Below are positions 24,315 to 36,527 of a stretch of DNA of 64,000 bases, one piece after another. The stretch comes from Gekko japonicus. Taxonomy: Eukaryota. The notes under the pieces were generated by a model, which had not been told where the DNA came from, ran no database searches, and saw only the letters and a program-made list of their open reading frames with translations. A program made the position numbers and the translations under genes. The DNA is taken from positions 310,001-374,000 of the forward strand of contig NW_015164216.1 of the NCBI RefSeq assembly GCF_001447785.1, written 5' to 3'. Every line of letters starts with the position of its first letter. Positions within the stretch are counted from its first letter, which is position 1.

Positions 24315-24767
24315 GCCCAGGGCACTATCCTTCCTATTCACAGAGGCAGGGGAGCACAGTTCCAATGGTGAGCACCTATTGCAGCCTTATTTTTTTAAAG
24401 GAAAAAAAATTACATACACCCTGTTAAGCAGTTCTTGTAAATGGAAGAGCATTGTAACAGATTCCACCAAGCAGGTGTTGCTTGCCTTGTTCCATTTCTT
24501 TTAATCTACCTGAAGGATTCAATGACCATTGTAACAGAAGATGAAAGTGCAACTTGAAATGGCTATTTTAGATGGAAGGACCCATCAACATATACCTGAA
24601 CAAAAACAGAAGGCAAATATTTCCCCCTAAAATTTGAAAATCTTGTTTCTGGTGAATCAACAGTCAACCAGTAAAAGCATCATTTGAAGTGAAAAGGACA
24701 TTTTCATTTTTCATGTACAATACATTTGGTACTTACTATATAACATGTGTTGAACATGATTGGTGTC

Positions 24768-24982
24768 CTGACCTGGATGGCTCAGGTTAGCTTGATCTTG
24801 TCAAATCTCAGATGCAAAGTAGAGTTGAACCTGCTCAGTACTTAGATGGGAGAACACCAAAGAAGTCCAGGGTTGCTACACAGAAGCAGGCAGTGGCAAA
24901 CCACCTCTGTTTGTCTCTTGCCTTGACAAACTTACATATTTGCCATGTCAGCTGTGATTTGATGGCACCTTCCTCCACCAAC
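24768..24982 (+). mobile_element. 5S rRNA-derived SINE; further copies at ~33296-33478 (+) and ~40580-40778 (-)
   Basis: 5S-like GATCTCATCAGATCTTGGAAGCTAAGC...TGGTTAGTA...GAGACC head and a shared CTCTTGCCTTGA...CAGCTGTGACT tail. Confidence 0.7.
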
Positions 24983-25157
24983 ATGATTGGTAGGTATAAT
25001 GCCCATTTTAGCAGTACCTGGGGAAGGCCAACCAAACCAGTTAGTGATTTGCAGGTGGAATTCCCACAATGGGAACTATTTGGTTTTATGACACACATGG
25101 AACTATCTGCCTGCCTGCTAGACAGCTGTTGTGCATGTGGGATTTTTGTGCAAACAC

Positions 25158-26074
25158 TAGAGGTGGGTACAAACCAGGAAAATGGTGGTTCATGGTGGTT
25201 CATAGTTCATTTCACGAACTTTTCCCATTTCCTGAACTGGTTCATGGTATGTTCACTTCACAAATTTGGGAAGTGGTAGAACAGCCCCCTCATGAGTTAG
25301 AGATGCCAAACCCACAGGGAGTCTTCAGCAGACTCTCCTCCACCCACTCTCCAAGTCTGGCAAAGACTGGATTTGGGACATCTGAGTTATAGCTCCCCAA
25401 AGCAGGTACCCCCAGGAAAGCTCAGCTCTAGCCTCCCCTTAAATCAGCCAAGCAGCAAGCAATTCTTCCTAACTTGCACGATACCTAACTCCTATCTTTT
25501 CCTGCTGCAAAGTGAAAGCAGCTGAGTCAGGGTGTGGTGTGTGTGCACGCAGTTCAAAAGCAAGAAATTGCAAGTAGATGAATAGGTACTGCTTTGGTGG
25601 GAATGTAACAAGGTTCCGTCTTCGGACAGCCCTGGCTCTTTGGCTTATGTTCCGTCTTCGGACAGCCCTGTCTCTTTGGCTTGGAAACGGAGATGAGCAC
25701 TGCCCCCTAGAGTTGAGATGCGACTAGCTCTCGAGCAAGGGAAACCTTTACTTTTATACACACACAATCTGCTCCCATAGAGCAGAACGGGAGCTCCATG
25801 GTTGGCTCCCAGAGCTGCCAATCAAGCTATGGACAACTGCTATGGGTGTTTCTAGGGCTCTCCACAAGTCCACCCGTAGTGTTGCCTACTAGGAATGGAT
25901 TGAATCAGTGCCGGGCTGTCTGGGGAACTGCTCTAATGAACCTCCACAGGAAAAAGGTGGTTCATATTTTGATTGGGGAAGGACGAGACCAAATGAACTG
26001 GTTCATAACAAACCATGAACAGGCCTGGTTCGTGCTCAAGCTATGGTTCGTTTCTCAGTTTGTGCCCATCCCTA
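25158..26074. mobile_element. hAT non-autonomous element (917 bp) containing a Sauria SINE 3' fragment (~25555-25757)
   Basis: TIRs TAGAGGTGGGTACAAAC / GTTTGTGCCCATCCCTA; perfect 8-bp TSD GCAAACAC (25150-25157, 26075-26082). Confidence 0.88.
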
Positions 26075-26590
26075 GCAAACACTCCTGGCTTTCAGGGAGC
26101 ATGTGAACTCCTTGAGGCCAAGCAGACTAACCTGAAAGAGCAGAGGAAAACAGAGAGGGTTCTAAATGAGACCTTCTGAAATGCTGTAGAGTGGACCCAT
26201 TCTCCAGCTGAGAGCTCCTACACTGATGTAAACAACAAGGGGTGGGGCCTCAAGGCAGACAGCACCTGGAGCATTCTGGCAATGACTGATGAGGGAGAGG
26301 AGTGCTCCTACAGGAAGCAGAAGGACAACATGCTGACCAGCTGTAGATGTTACAGTAGTGATGAAAGGCAAGGGCAATTTGAGCCTCCTCACATAATGAT
26401 TATATAATATACAACAACAAGCCCTAATACACATTCTGTGCCCTGTTACTATAACAGCATTTGTGCCTACAGTAATGATTTGCAGCTACTCTAACCCATT
26501 AATTTCTAAGGAAGCAATAATCTTAGACCTCCAATAAAGGCCATAGTACCCAACCTGGCATCCTTGAAAAACAATGGGAACAAATTGCAG

Positions 26591-27017
26591 TAGGGTTGCC
26601 AAACCCCCCGGTTTGCCAGTGGTCCCCCATTTTGGGGGGGGTTCTACCCGCCGCCGGCCAGATGGCCAGCGGGTAGGCCTTTAAGTGTGCGGAACCCGTG
26701 TTTCCTCCCAAGCCTGTGTTTCCTCCCAAGCCTGATCTCCGCTTGAGATCAGGCTCGCAGGGAAATGCCAGCTTAGTGCATTTAAAAGGGAAACGCAGCT
26801 GCTCTTAAAGGGGAAACACCGGCTCCTGCTCTTAAAGGGGAAACGCCAGCTCCTTTGAGAGCAGGGAACTGCTGTTTCTGGATATCCAGCGCGCGGGCAA
26901 GTGGGGAGGCTGGTGGACGTCCCCAATGTGACGTCATCACGTCGGGGATGCCCCGCCCCCTCCAGGAACGCCCCCAAAGTCCCCCGCTGGGGGTGGAAGA
27001 TGGACTTGGCAACCCTA
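26591..27017. mobile_element. Young hAT (Blackjack-like) MITE (427 bp)
   Basis: Perfect TIR TAGGGTTGCCAA/TTGGCAACCCTA; perfect 8-bp TSD AATTGCAG; CpG retained; short internal tandem repeats. Confidence 0.92.
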
Positions 27018-28621
27018 AATTGCAGCCAACAGTGGTTCAACAGCCTTGCCTCGCTGGGCTTCCTGGGACTGTTGCTTTCAGAGCACAGAAGCAAGAAGAC
27101 CTTAGCGAGGTAATTCTCTTTCAAAGGCAGCTTTTGTTGTGCTTTATCTTTTTCTTAAAAAAAATAATAATCTTCATTTGACATCAGCACAATACATCAA
27201 ATTGAATCCTAACACCTGTGAATGGAAGGTGCAGATCTTTGCTGCATTTCACATTGATGGAAGAGACAAGAAAAGCAATTTTGGCTCCTCCCCATTCCCC
27301 ATTGTATCTCTCTACGCACTCCCCCTCTACATAGTTATTAAATCCATGTGGGTCCTGTGACTCTACTTCCCAGCAGGCAGAAGAAACTGGGAGCAAAGAG
27401 GAATGTGGCAAAGATTTGTTTTCCTTCTGCTGATGGTAGTTAGGACCCGTTCTTTCAGGCTGTATGTTTTATTGCTATGAGTTTAGTTGTTTGGAGTTTT
27501 TTAACCCAACTTTCTCCCAACGGGACTCAAGATGGAGGTTGCAGTGTTATTGAAACTGTCACACATGAGTAATAAAGCCCATTAAACACAGGGTTTATTA
27601 TATATAGTCAATGATCTGAAAAGGCCCTTATAAACAGTTCTGTTCTATACCAATGCTGTTGTCTGTGTAGGCATAGACTTACAGCACAGCAGCCTTCTTA
27701 ACAGCTTCAAGAACAAGAAGGCTATTTCCCAATATCAGTGTCTCAGTTGAAAAGGCTCCAGCCCAAGCAGGCCATGTCTGCATCTACTTCCAAGATGGTA
27801 TTTGAGGCTGGCCTTAAGCGAAGGAATGAAGGCACCACACAGGACTGTATAGGGAGAGGCAGACCGGCGTATGGGTATATACACACATGCATGGACACAT
27901 ACGTGAGAGCCCTAGGCTGTGAAGGGCTTTATAGGTAATAAGCCTAAGCAACACCTTGAATTGAACCTGGAATAGAGTTGTCAACTCCTGGTTGGGAAAT
28001 TCCTGAAGATCTGGGAGAGAGCCTGAGGACTGCAGAGTCTGGAGAGGGACCTCAGTAGAGTATAATGCCATAGATAGAATCTGCCCTCCAGAGCAGCCAT
28101 TTTCTCCAGAGAAACTGATCTACAGAGATTTGTGGGGTTCCTAGAGCATCGCCCAAAAGTGACATCGTTTCTGGGTTTGGCCTCAATTCCCCTAAACATA
28201 CTTTCTGCTACCTGGTAAGCCTGGTAACCATAGCTGAAGTCACATTTCATGGCAAGAGCAGGAATCTGAACCTGGGTCTCACAGATCCTAGTCTGGAACT
28301 CTGTAAGTCCCATAGCACACTACTTCAAATAGGAAGGAGCAACTGTAATGAGACCAGGGTCTTGCATAAGGTATCTGTATACCAATAGACGTTTAGTGTT
28401 ATTGAGTGTCCCAGTGACATTTCTGGTCAGCCAATATGCACCAGATAGCCTCTCAGAAGTGCTTCTTAATCCTACTACTTTAGGCCTTGCTGTAGAATCC
28501 CTGGGACTTACCTGGGGTAACAACATGTGTGTCACTGCGATCTGATGCAGAGTTGCACTTTCTAAGTCCACTGAAATCACTGGGCTTGAAAGGGTTTATC
28601 TTCTTAACTAGAGGATGGCAA

Positions 28622-29157
28622 TGGCTGCGATCACACACCCCAGACGATCCGACATAGGCACGAATGCCCGACGGATCGAAAGGGCACGATCAGACAGCAA
28701 CATCTGGGACGCATTCAGCAGCCAATGGCAACTCGTGCTGCACCACCGCAGAAGCGGAGTAAAAAGAACCCAGAGAAAATCCGGTAGCAAACGAGTTGCG
28801 ACGGGCCACGGACAGACTTTCCCCTGTCTGGTCGCGCAAGCATGCTCTCAAGCCGTCGGGATGTTCTGATCGGGCCATCCCAGCTCGGTGCCGTTCCCTC
28901 CCCCTCTTTGCAGTATGCGCATCATCGCATAGCCGTAGGGGGCCCTCAGTGCGGAGGTGCAATTCCTCGTTTATGCACATGGGAAACAAACGGCAAAAAA
29001 AACCCACGATTCACTCGCAGTTGCGTCTGATTGCATGGTGACAGGCTGCGCCCACAGCAACTAAGCCCTGTGTGATCTCGCAACCACGGGTCAAATTCCT
29101 CCGGAGGGAATAGCCTTGCTTCCCCTCTGTTTCAACTAGCATGTGTGACTGCAATCC
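28622..29157. mobile_element. CpG-rich putative MITE (possibly PIF/Harbinger-like)
   Basis: Abrupt CpG-rich block with imperfect inverted ends GGCTGCGATCACACA / TGTGTGATCTCGCAACC or TGTGTGACTGCAATCC. No clear TSD. Confidence 0.4.
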
Positions 29158-29165
29158 GTGTGTGT

Positions 29166-29740
29166 AGAAGAAGAAGAAGAAGAGATTGGATTTATACCCC
29201 GCCCATAACCCCAGACTGAAGAAACTGAGAAGTATCCCATACAACTGGACAAGTTGGTATTCTGACACCATATGCTAACAACATTCCAAAATGGAAGTTC
29301 ATTATGTTTTCAGAATCTTGCCATAACTGCAAGGAACATGGGACACATGTCAGTTCATGGCAGGAATCTTCCCTCAACCAAGACATACCCAAGAGGATGC
29401 AAGAATCTAGCCACTGACAGTATAACATAATCTCCGTTGAATCTCAGCAAGACAGATGATGATGAAGAAGAAGAGATTGGATTTATACCCCGCCCTTCAC
29501 TTGGAGTCTCAGAGCGGCTTACAAACTCCTTTCCCTTCCCCTCCCCACAACAGACACCCTGTGAGGTGGGTGGAGCTGAGAGAACTCTGACACAAACTGC
29601 TCTTTTTCAAGGACAGCTGTGCCAGAGCTTGTGACTGACCCAAGGTCACATCAGCAGGTGCAAGTGGAGGAGTGGGGAATCAAACCCGGTCCTCCCAGAT
29701 AAGAGTCCGCACACTTAACCACTACACCAAACTGGCTCTC
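29166..29740 (-). mobile_element. Squam3-like SINE with a duplicated tail enclosing a ~257-bp copy of 20740-20997
   Basis: Order on plus: SINE tail 29166-29204, copied segment 29201-29457, full SINE 29456-29740. Confidence 0.88.
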
Positions 29741-30749
29741 AATTTTAGAGATAGATGCAAGTTCTCTACTCTGTTGCCTTGCTTTAACAAAGAGGAATGT
29801 TTAAATGGTCTTTCTTTTGTCTAAAAAGATTTATTCTCATTTAACTTGTAAGGAGAGCTAAGCAAAGAAATTCAGTCAATCATAACAGTATCATTTGATT
29901 TACCTGCAGCATTTCAAGACAATTAGCTTTTGTTTGCATTTGTACAATGATTGAAAAGCAAATCAAAACAAGTAGCTTTTGTTTAAATCAAAAAGATTTT
30001 TACGATACATTACTATACTCTTATCAACAAAAAATACCACCATGGATTAGTCAGTTGTTTTAATATTTTATCAGAGCACTATACAACCTCCTGTGCTGTT
30101 TTTAATATTTTAAGTCTCTACTGGCATGTTTCTTGCCAAAAATCAAATTAAAAGTTTACGTGTAAGTTGATTTTCTTTGTCAACAGTACATAATTAGGTT
30201 CACTGTTGGAACAGCTTATAAAAATTCTTACCACAATTGTAGGTATCCAACAGATTTTCTGGGGAAATTGCAGCTACAGGAAGTAGTGATCTGAATATGT
30301 CCTGTTGAGTTATAATAGTCCATGTGTTTCCAACTATACTTAGGGCCACACTATATTTGCAAAGAAAACTGTAAAAAAAAAGTTATTTTCCTTAAGGCAA
30401 GGGAAATTTGCATTTAATTAATAATTCATTTTTATTTAAGGATCCACAGACTTTCAACACAACATCTTTTGATAACTTCATAATGAACAATGGCATTTAG
30501 TGTGGTCACAAATGTAATCTTTCCCTTGTGGCTGAAGTTGGAAAGTAACTACTAGCTTAATGCCATTTATATTGATTTAGATGTAGGACCCAAGGGCAAC
30601 TCCCTGCGTGGTCAGTAAATGAACTGGATGTCTTTGGGCACCGCGTGTATTTTATGTGGATTTCTATTTTTAAAAACATATATATCATCCTGTTGGGTCA
30701 GGTTTTAAAGCTGAGGCCCATATACTTTATAAGTACTGGTATAGTACAC

Positions 30750-31563
30750 ATTCTTTCAAATAAGACTTGTGTGCAGTTAGCTTTATCATATTTTCATGCC
30801 TCTGCCAGTTTTATAAGCCTTTTTCAGCTGGAGATGTTTGCAATTTCTGCTCTCCGGCAAACACTATCCCAGCTGTTAACTATCATATTCATATGTGTTG
30901 TTTATTTTCTTGTTTTATACTTCGATGTGATTCAAAAGGTAAGGAAATAAACTAAGTCCCAAGATATTTTTTTTCAGAACACTGTCAGTCCCATAACCCA
31001 GTAGTTATGGCCTTCCTTTAAGACCAATTTTTATCATGCCATGCCTGCATATCATGTCTTATAGTAGCAAAGTGGGGTATCAACTTAAATTAGCAAGAAG
31101 TCAAGAGAGCAGAAGACTTATACCTAGGGTTGCCAACCTCCAAGTGGGCCTGGAGATCTCCTATCCTTTCAACTAAGACTTGTGTGCAGTTAGCTTTATC
31201 ATCTTTTCATGCCTCTGACAGTTTTATAAGCCTTTTTAGCTGGAGATGTTTGCAATTTCTGCTCTCCGGCAAACACTATCCCAGCTGTTAACGATCATAT
31301 TCATATATGTTGTTTATTTTCTTGTTTTATACTTCGATGTGATTCAAAAGGTAAAAACTAAGTCCCAAGTTCCTGCTGGGCTTTTTCTACAAAAAGAGCC
31401 CTGGTTCATGCCCTTCCTTTAAGACCAATTTTTATCATCCCATGCCTGCATATCACATCTTATAGTAGCAAAGTGGGGTGTCAACTTAAATTAGCAAGAA
31501 GTCAAGAGAGCAGAAGACTTATACCTAGGGTTGCCAACCTCCAAGTGGGCCTGGAGATCTCCT
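30750..31563. repeat. Diverged tandem duplication (~413 + ~401 bp)
   Basis: Copies at 30750-31162 and 31163-31563; the breakpoint falls inside a Blackjack-like MITE. Confidence 0.92.
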
Positions 31564-31729
31564 GGAACCGCAATGGATGGCCAGACTACAGAGATCAGCT
31601 CCTCTGGAGAAAATGGCTGTTTTGGAGGGTGACTCTAAGACATCAGCTGAAGTCTCTCCTATCCTCAGCCCTCCCCAGGCTCCACCCCCAAATCTCCAGG
31701 AATTTCTCAACCCAGAGTTGGCAATGCTA
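31526..31729. mobile_element. hAT (Blackjack-like) MITE; related degenerate copy at ~27973-28232
   Basis: TAGGGTTGCCAAC...GTTGGCAATGCTA; TSD CTTATACC/TTTGTACC. Confidence 0.8.
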
Positions 31730-32425
31730 TTTGTACCCAGTCCTTTAAAAAAAAAAAAAACTAAGGAGGCAAGGACGATCATTGCCTGGAGCCTTTCAAA
31801 CGGAAGGGGCACTACATCATGGGTGACAAAGTGTTTGAAGTTTCAGTGTTTGAAATTATCAGGTCCTTTCTGTTCAAGGCAGTAATGTCATTTAAAGACG
31901 ACGTCACCCCAGGTCCAAGAGTAATATCAGTATTTGTGGTCTGCCCAGTTGCAGTGTTCCATTTACTGAGCCAGCACAAGTTCAACAAAACAACAAGTGC
32001 TTCCAGAAAGCTCTTGATAAAGTTCCTCATCAAAGTGTTTAATAACTGTATAACCCACTGCTTTCCTCCTCCTCCTCCTCTTCTTCTTTTTCCACATCCC
32101 AGGCAGCCTAATACTTTGGCTGATATTCTGTTTGGATGGCAAGGCTATGAAGCTCTCGTACCAACCAGTGGCAGAAAAGAATACTCCTTGGCTCAGCTGA
32201 AGTTCCTGATTAGCAATGTTGCCAACTTTTCTTTCTGAATCTCATTAATCTGAAGGCCCAAACCCACTAAATAATGAGAGGATCCTATTTGCAAGAAGTT
32301 TTGTGTGCATGTGGGGGGTGGGGAATCTTTCAGTTTCCAGTAATTTAAACCTTATGTTAAACTATGGGCTATGTACATAAATAAATCCTAAATAAGTAAA
32401 TCAATGATGTTGGCACCTGCTGATA

Positions 32426-32991
32426 AAAAAACCCACCTGGGCTGCACTCAGCAATCTTCCAGCAGAACAAAAAGGGGGAAATGCCAGGTGATAGATGACT
32501 GATTTATTATACAAAGCCCCCATGCATTTCGCCATGCAGGCTTTGTTCAAGGGAATCTATACAAACATGATTTTGTATTTAATACAGATAATAGAAAGAC
32601 TCCTTGATAAAAATTACTCCAGAATTATTAAAATAGTATTAAAAAGACAGGATCAAAATTAATTTCCTAAAATAGATACATATTGATCAATATATAATAT
32701 GAAACAAGCTATACATTGGACATGAAGCAATGAAAAATATAATATATGAAGTAAATACAGACCAGAACATTCACCTAGTACTGGAACTGTCCACAGCAAT
32801 TAAATTATTTTACAGTGGGGAATAACGCAGTGAGTTTTTTTATGCATACAGTGATTAGCTGAGCAAAGTCAGAAGTCCTTCATGTTTTTATAGATTCCCC
32901 CTGACGAAGCCTGTACAGCGAAACGCATGGGGACTTTGTATAATAAATCGGTCATCTATCACCTGGCATTTTTTCCTTTTTGTTCTGCTGG
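32426..32991. mobile_element. Fold-back element with ~112-bp inverted arms carrying hammerhead-like cores (Penelope-type)
   Basis: Arms at 32459-32570 and 32880-32991; flanking direct repeat TGGCAC[C/T]TGCTGATA; CTGACGA...GAAAC core followed by AATAAA. Confidence 0.65.
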
Positions 32992-34063
32992 CACTTGCTG
33001 ATAGCCATCAGATAGAAATTGGATAGTTAAAGACTGACCTATTGATTGCCCCATAGGCATACTCATATGAAAGTATCACTTCCTTTTTATTCAGCTAGAA
33101 CCTCTGGGGGAAAGACTCAAAAAAGGCCGAAACTCCAGAAGTACGACATAGACTTGCTGTATCCTATCCATTGCCCAACAGAAGTAATCTATAAACTTTG
33201 CACCAGGTGGCATTTTACGCCATCTGCATCTGTCAAAAGAATCCTGGAAGCAGATGGCGGAATTGTGAGAGAAATACTTCCTACGTTTATTTGCGCCTAG
33301 CCTGATCTCATCAGATCTTGGAAGCTAAGCAAGATTGGCTCTGGTTAGTATTCGGATGAGAGACCACTAAGGAAGTCCGGGATCTCGAGGCAGAACCATC
33401 TCTAAACGCCTCTTGTCTTGAAAGCACCACGGGGGTCGTCATAAATCAGCTGTGACTGGACAGCAACAACAAAAAAAACCTATAAGATCTAAGTCTTCTA
33501 CTATGGTTATACTGAAACATCTTAAAGACACTGAGATTACCCAAATGCTCTGAGAACCGATAGAAATCCTATCAAATTACTAGTTTTTAGAAATACCCTC
33601 AAGGAAAATATTTTGGAGATTCTAGCAAAAGATAAAGGCAGTAACAAATAAATCTCTGAGAGGCCTGAAAGCAGCGTGTTCTTGTAATCATACACTCCCC
33701 TGTTCCTTGGGATGCCTTGAATCAAATCCCTGTTTGCCATAATGTCCAAGTGCAGGCTACAGAGCAAAGTGGAGCTTGTTTCCTTCCTACAAACCAGGAT
33801 TTTTTTTTAAAGTGGGATTAAAATGTGATAACAGATTTCCAGGTTCTGGAGGAGGAAACTGTTGTGTACTGCCTCTTAAGAGAGTATCCCAGTAGGCCTC
33901 ATAGCAAGCAGGAGAGTAGGAGGGACTCAGTGCTTTAAGATATCTTTAAGATATGCCCTATTGACTTCACTGACCTCATAATGATTTGCTTCTTTTCTTG
34001 AAATTTATAATTCTAGCTGTGCTCACAGGACTATATTGTATATCACCAGCCTGAATTTTAGAA

Positions 34064-34522
34064 CATGCATGGTCAAAGCAATGGTATTCCCAGTAGTCAT
34101 GTATGGCTGCGAGAGATGGACTATAAGGAAGGCCGAGTGCCGAAGAATAGATTCTTTTGAACTATGGTGCTGGAGAAGACTCTTGAGAGTCCCTTGGACT
34201 GCAAGAAGATCAAATCAGTCAATCCTAAAAGAAATCAACCCTGACTGTTCCCTGGAAGGCCAGATAATGAAACTGAAGTTCAAATACTTTGGCCACCAAA
34301 TGAGAAGGGAGCACTCACTGGAGAAGACCCTGATGCTGGGAAAGATTGAAGGTCAAAGAAGACGGGGACGGCAAAGGATGAGATGGTTAGACAGTGTCAT
34401 AGATGCAACGAACATGAAATTGAGCCAACTTCAGAGGATGGCGGAAGACTGGAAGGCCTGGCGTGATCTGGTCCATGGGGTCATGAAGAGTCGGACTCAA
34501 CTGTGCGACTGAACAACAACAA
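34064..34522 (+). mobile_element. RTE-BovB LINE, 5'-truncated 3' end
   Basis: Open frame VKAMVFPVVMYGCERWTIRKAECRRIDSFELWCWRRLLRVPWTARRSNQSILKEI...EKTLMLGKIEGQRRRGRQRMRWLD is diagnostic of BovB; ends CTGAA(CAA)n. Confidence 0.95.
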
Positions 34523-35780
34523 AAAATCCACAACAAGATTCCAGGTAGGTGAGGGAAGGGGTATGACTCCGTGGTAGAACATCTGCTTGTTATACTGAAG
34601 GTCGCAGGCTCAATGCCCAGCATGTCCAGTTAAACAAATCAGGTGTTCTAAGATGTGAAAGGCTCTGAAGAGCCATTGCCAGTCAGAGTAGATGATACTA
34701 ACCTTGATGAATCAGGGGTCTGATTCAGCATAAGGCACCTTCATCTGTGTTCAGGTGGATTCCTAGTATGCAGCCTTCTGCCTTGTATGGTAGTCCTGTA
34801 TGTAAAGGGATTTTTTTTCCCGACAGAGAAGCAGTCAGCTATGCAAGTCTTCCACCTGCAGTCTGAACCGTTACTTTTTTTTTAATTTTAATTTTGTTCT
34901 CTTAAATACATTTTTTCCAGACTAGTGATATGCGATATTGTCCTTTGATCACAGTTTGGGACTATATACATGAAGAAGAGGAGCAGAATATTTTAAGATA
35001 TTTCAAGGCAAGTAAAGGTGAGAACTAATGTTTTCAAGTGCCATGAGCAGGGTAAGGCTTGATTATAAATCAGTGCATGGTGGCTTTGCTTTCACGGGTG
35101 AGTGACAAAATGTTTGTAACTGTTTATTCATTCCAAAGTTAATGACCAAGGCAGCTTGTAAGTGATAGATCTCTGGAACGAGAGCACCCTCCTGTGTTCT
35201 AGGGAAAGCTACATTCCGCTGACAAGCACGCATGGGCTGGTCTTCGGCAGGGTCACAGTACCCTGGTTGATGGGCAGAAAGAAAATGAGGACACAGAGGG
35301 ATGCCAATAACATAACTGACTGTGTTGTTTTCAGGGTCCTACCAATTCTGACACCCTCTCAATAATTCAGGTTTTGAAGAAAAAAACCCCCAAAATGGTC
35401 AAAATCATGTAGATTCTGCTTTTAATTCCTTGTTCGGTTTCATCGTATCATTTTAGTTGTGAGCTGCCTTGAGCAGGTCTCTGGAGAAGCAGCATGTACA
35501 TCTAAATAAAGTAAACTAATTCCCAAGGTTCTTGGTAGAGGCCATTACAGCCAAATTGACATAAAACCAATAAATATTTGAGATAGAGATAAGCCTTGAA
35601 TATATGACAGTCTATTCTCTGTGCTATGCTTCTGCTTTTTCTTCTAGAATTAGTATAGATCTTGTTCAAGCCCCAGTTACAACAGCCTCATCTAGCAGTG
35701 CTGTTTTGTTTTAAATCTCCTTTGCAAATTGCAAATACAGAGAGGCTAGGATACCTATTTTCTTGGTGCTTTGCATAGGT

Positions 35781-35799
35781 TTACCACTAGGTGGCAGCA
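35781..35799 (+). promoter_or_regulatory. CTCF-binding motif
   Basis: TTACCACTAGGTGGCAGCA matches the CTCF core CCACYAGRKGGCRS, in non-repetitive sequence. Confidence 0.65.
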
Positions 35800-36527
35800 T
35801 TTGACCATGCTAGCTTTCCTTTGTAAGTAATGTTAACTACGGGAAACTCTTATTAACTCTACGGGTTAATTTCTTCAAACTGCACGCAGCGAACAGGCGT
35901 TCCCAGCACTTCCCCACTGCAAACCATTTAACCCCAGCAATCCTGAAGGCCTTTTGAACTCTGCAAACACTGTACAGCAGATAGGCAAGACGTTGTTGAG
36001 TCAACTTAAGTACAGTAATGTTTTTAATGGCAACTGTGTTATTTGCACCTTTTGGAATGTTTCAGCATGACCAAAAATAAGTTTCACACCAGAAGATTCC
36101 TTATAATTATGAAAAATAAAATAGCACTCAGAGCACAAATTTTATGTATGTCTTTACTTCATTTATACCCTGCCTTTCTCACCAATGGGGTCCTCAAACG
36201 GCTTACATCATTCTCCTCTCTATTTTATCCTCACAATAACCCTGTAAAATAAGTAATGCTGAGAGTGTGTGTGACTGCCCCAAGGTCACCCAGCGAGCTT
36301 CCACGGCAGACTGTAGATTGTGCCCAGGTCTCCCAGATCCCCCTTCACTCCTCCAGCCACTACACCTCACTGGGTACAGCTGCACCCAACATTGACGTGA
36401 AGAATAAATCACTGGAGGAGAATCTGCATGTATAAATCAGTTCAGTAAAAGGTACACATTCTAATTATTTTTAAAAAAACTTTTAAGGATATCTGAAAAA
36501 GACTAAAAGCAGGTAATACACTTATCT

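Noticed and set aside
33296-33385. 5S rRNA-like sequence as an rRNA gene
   Set aside because: Partial, diverged and fused to a SINE body and tail shared with other copies in the window.
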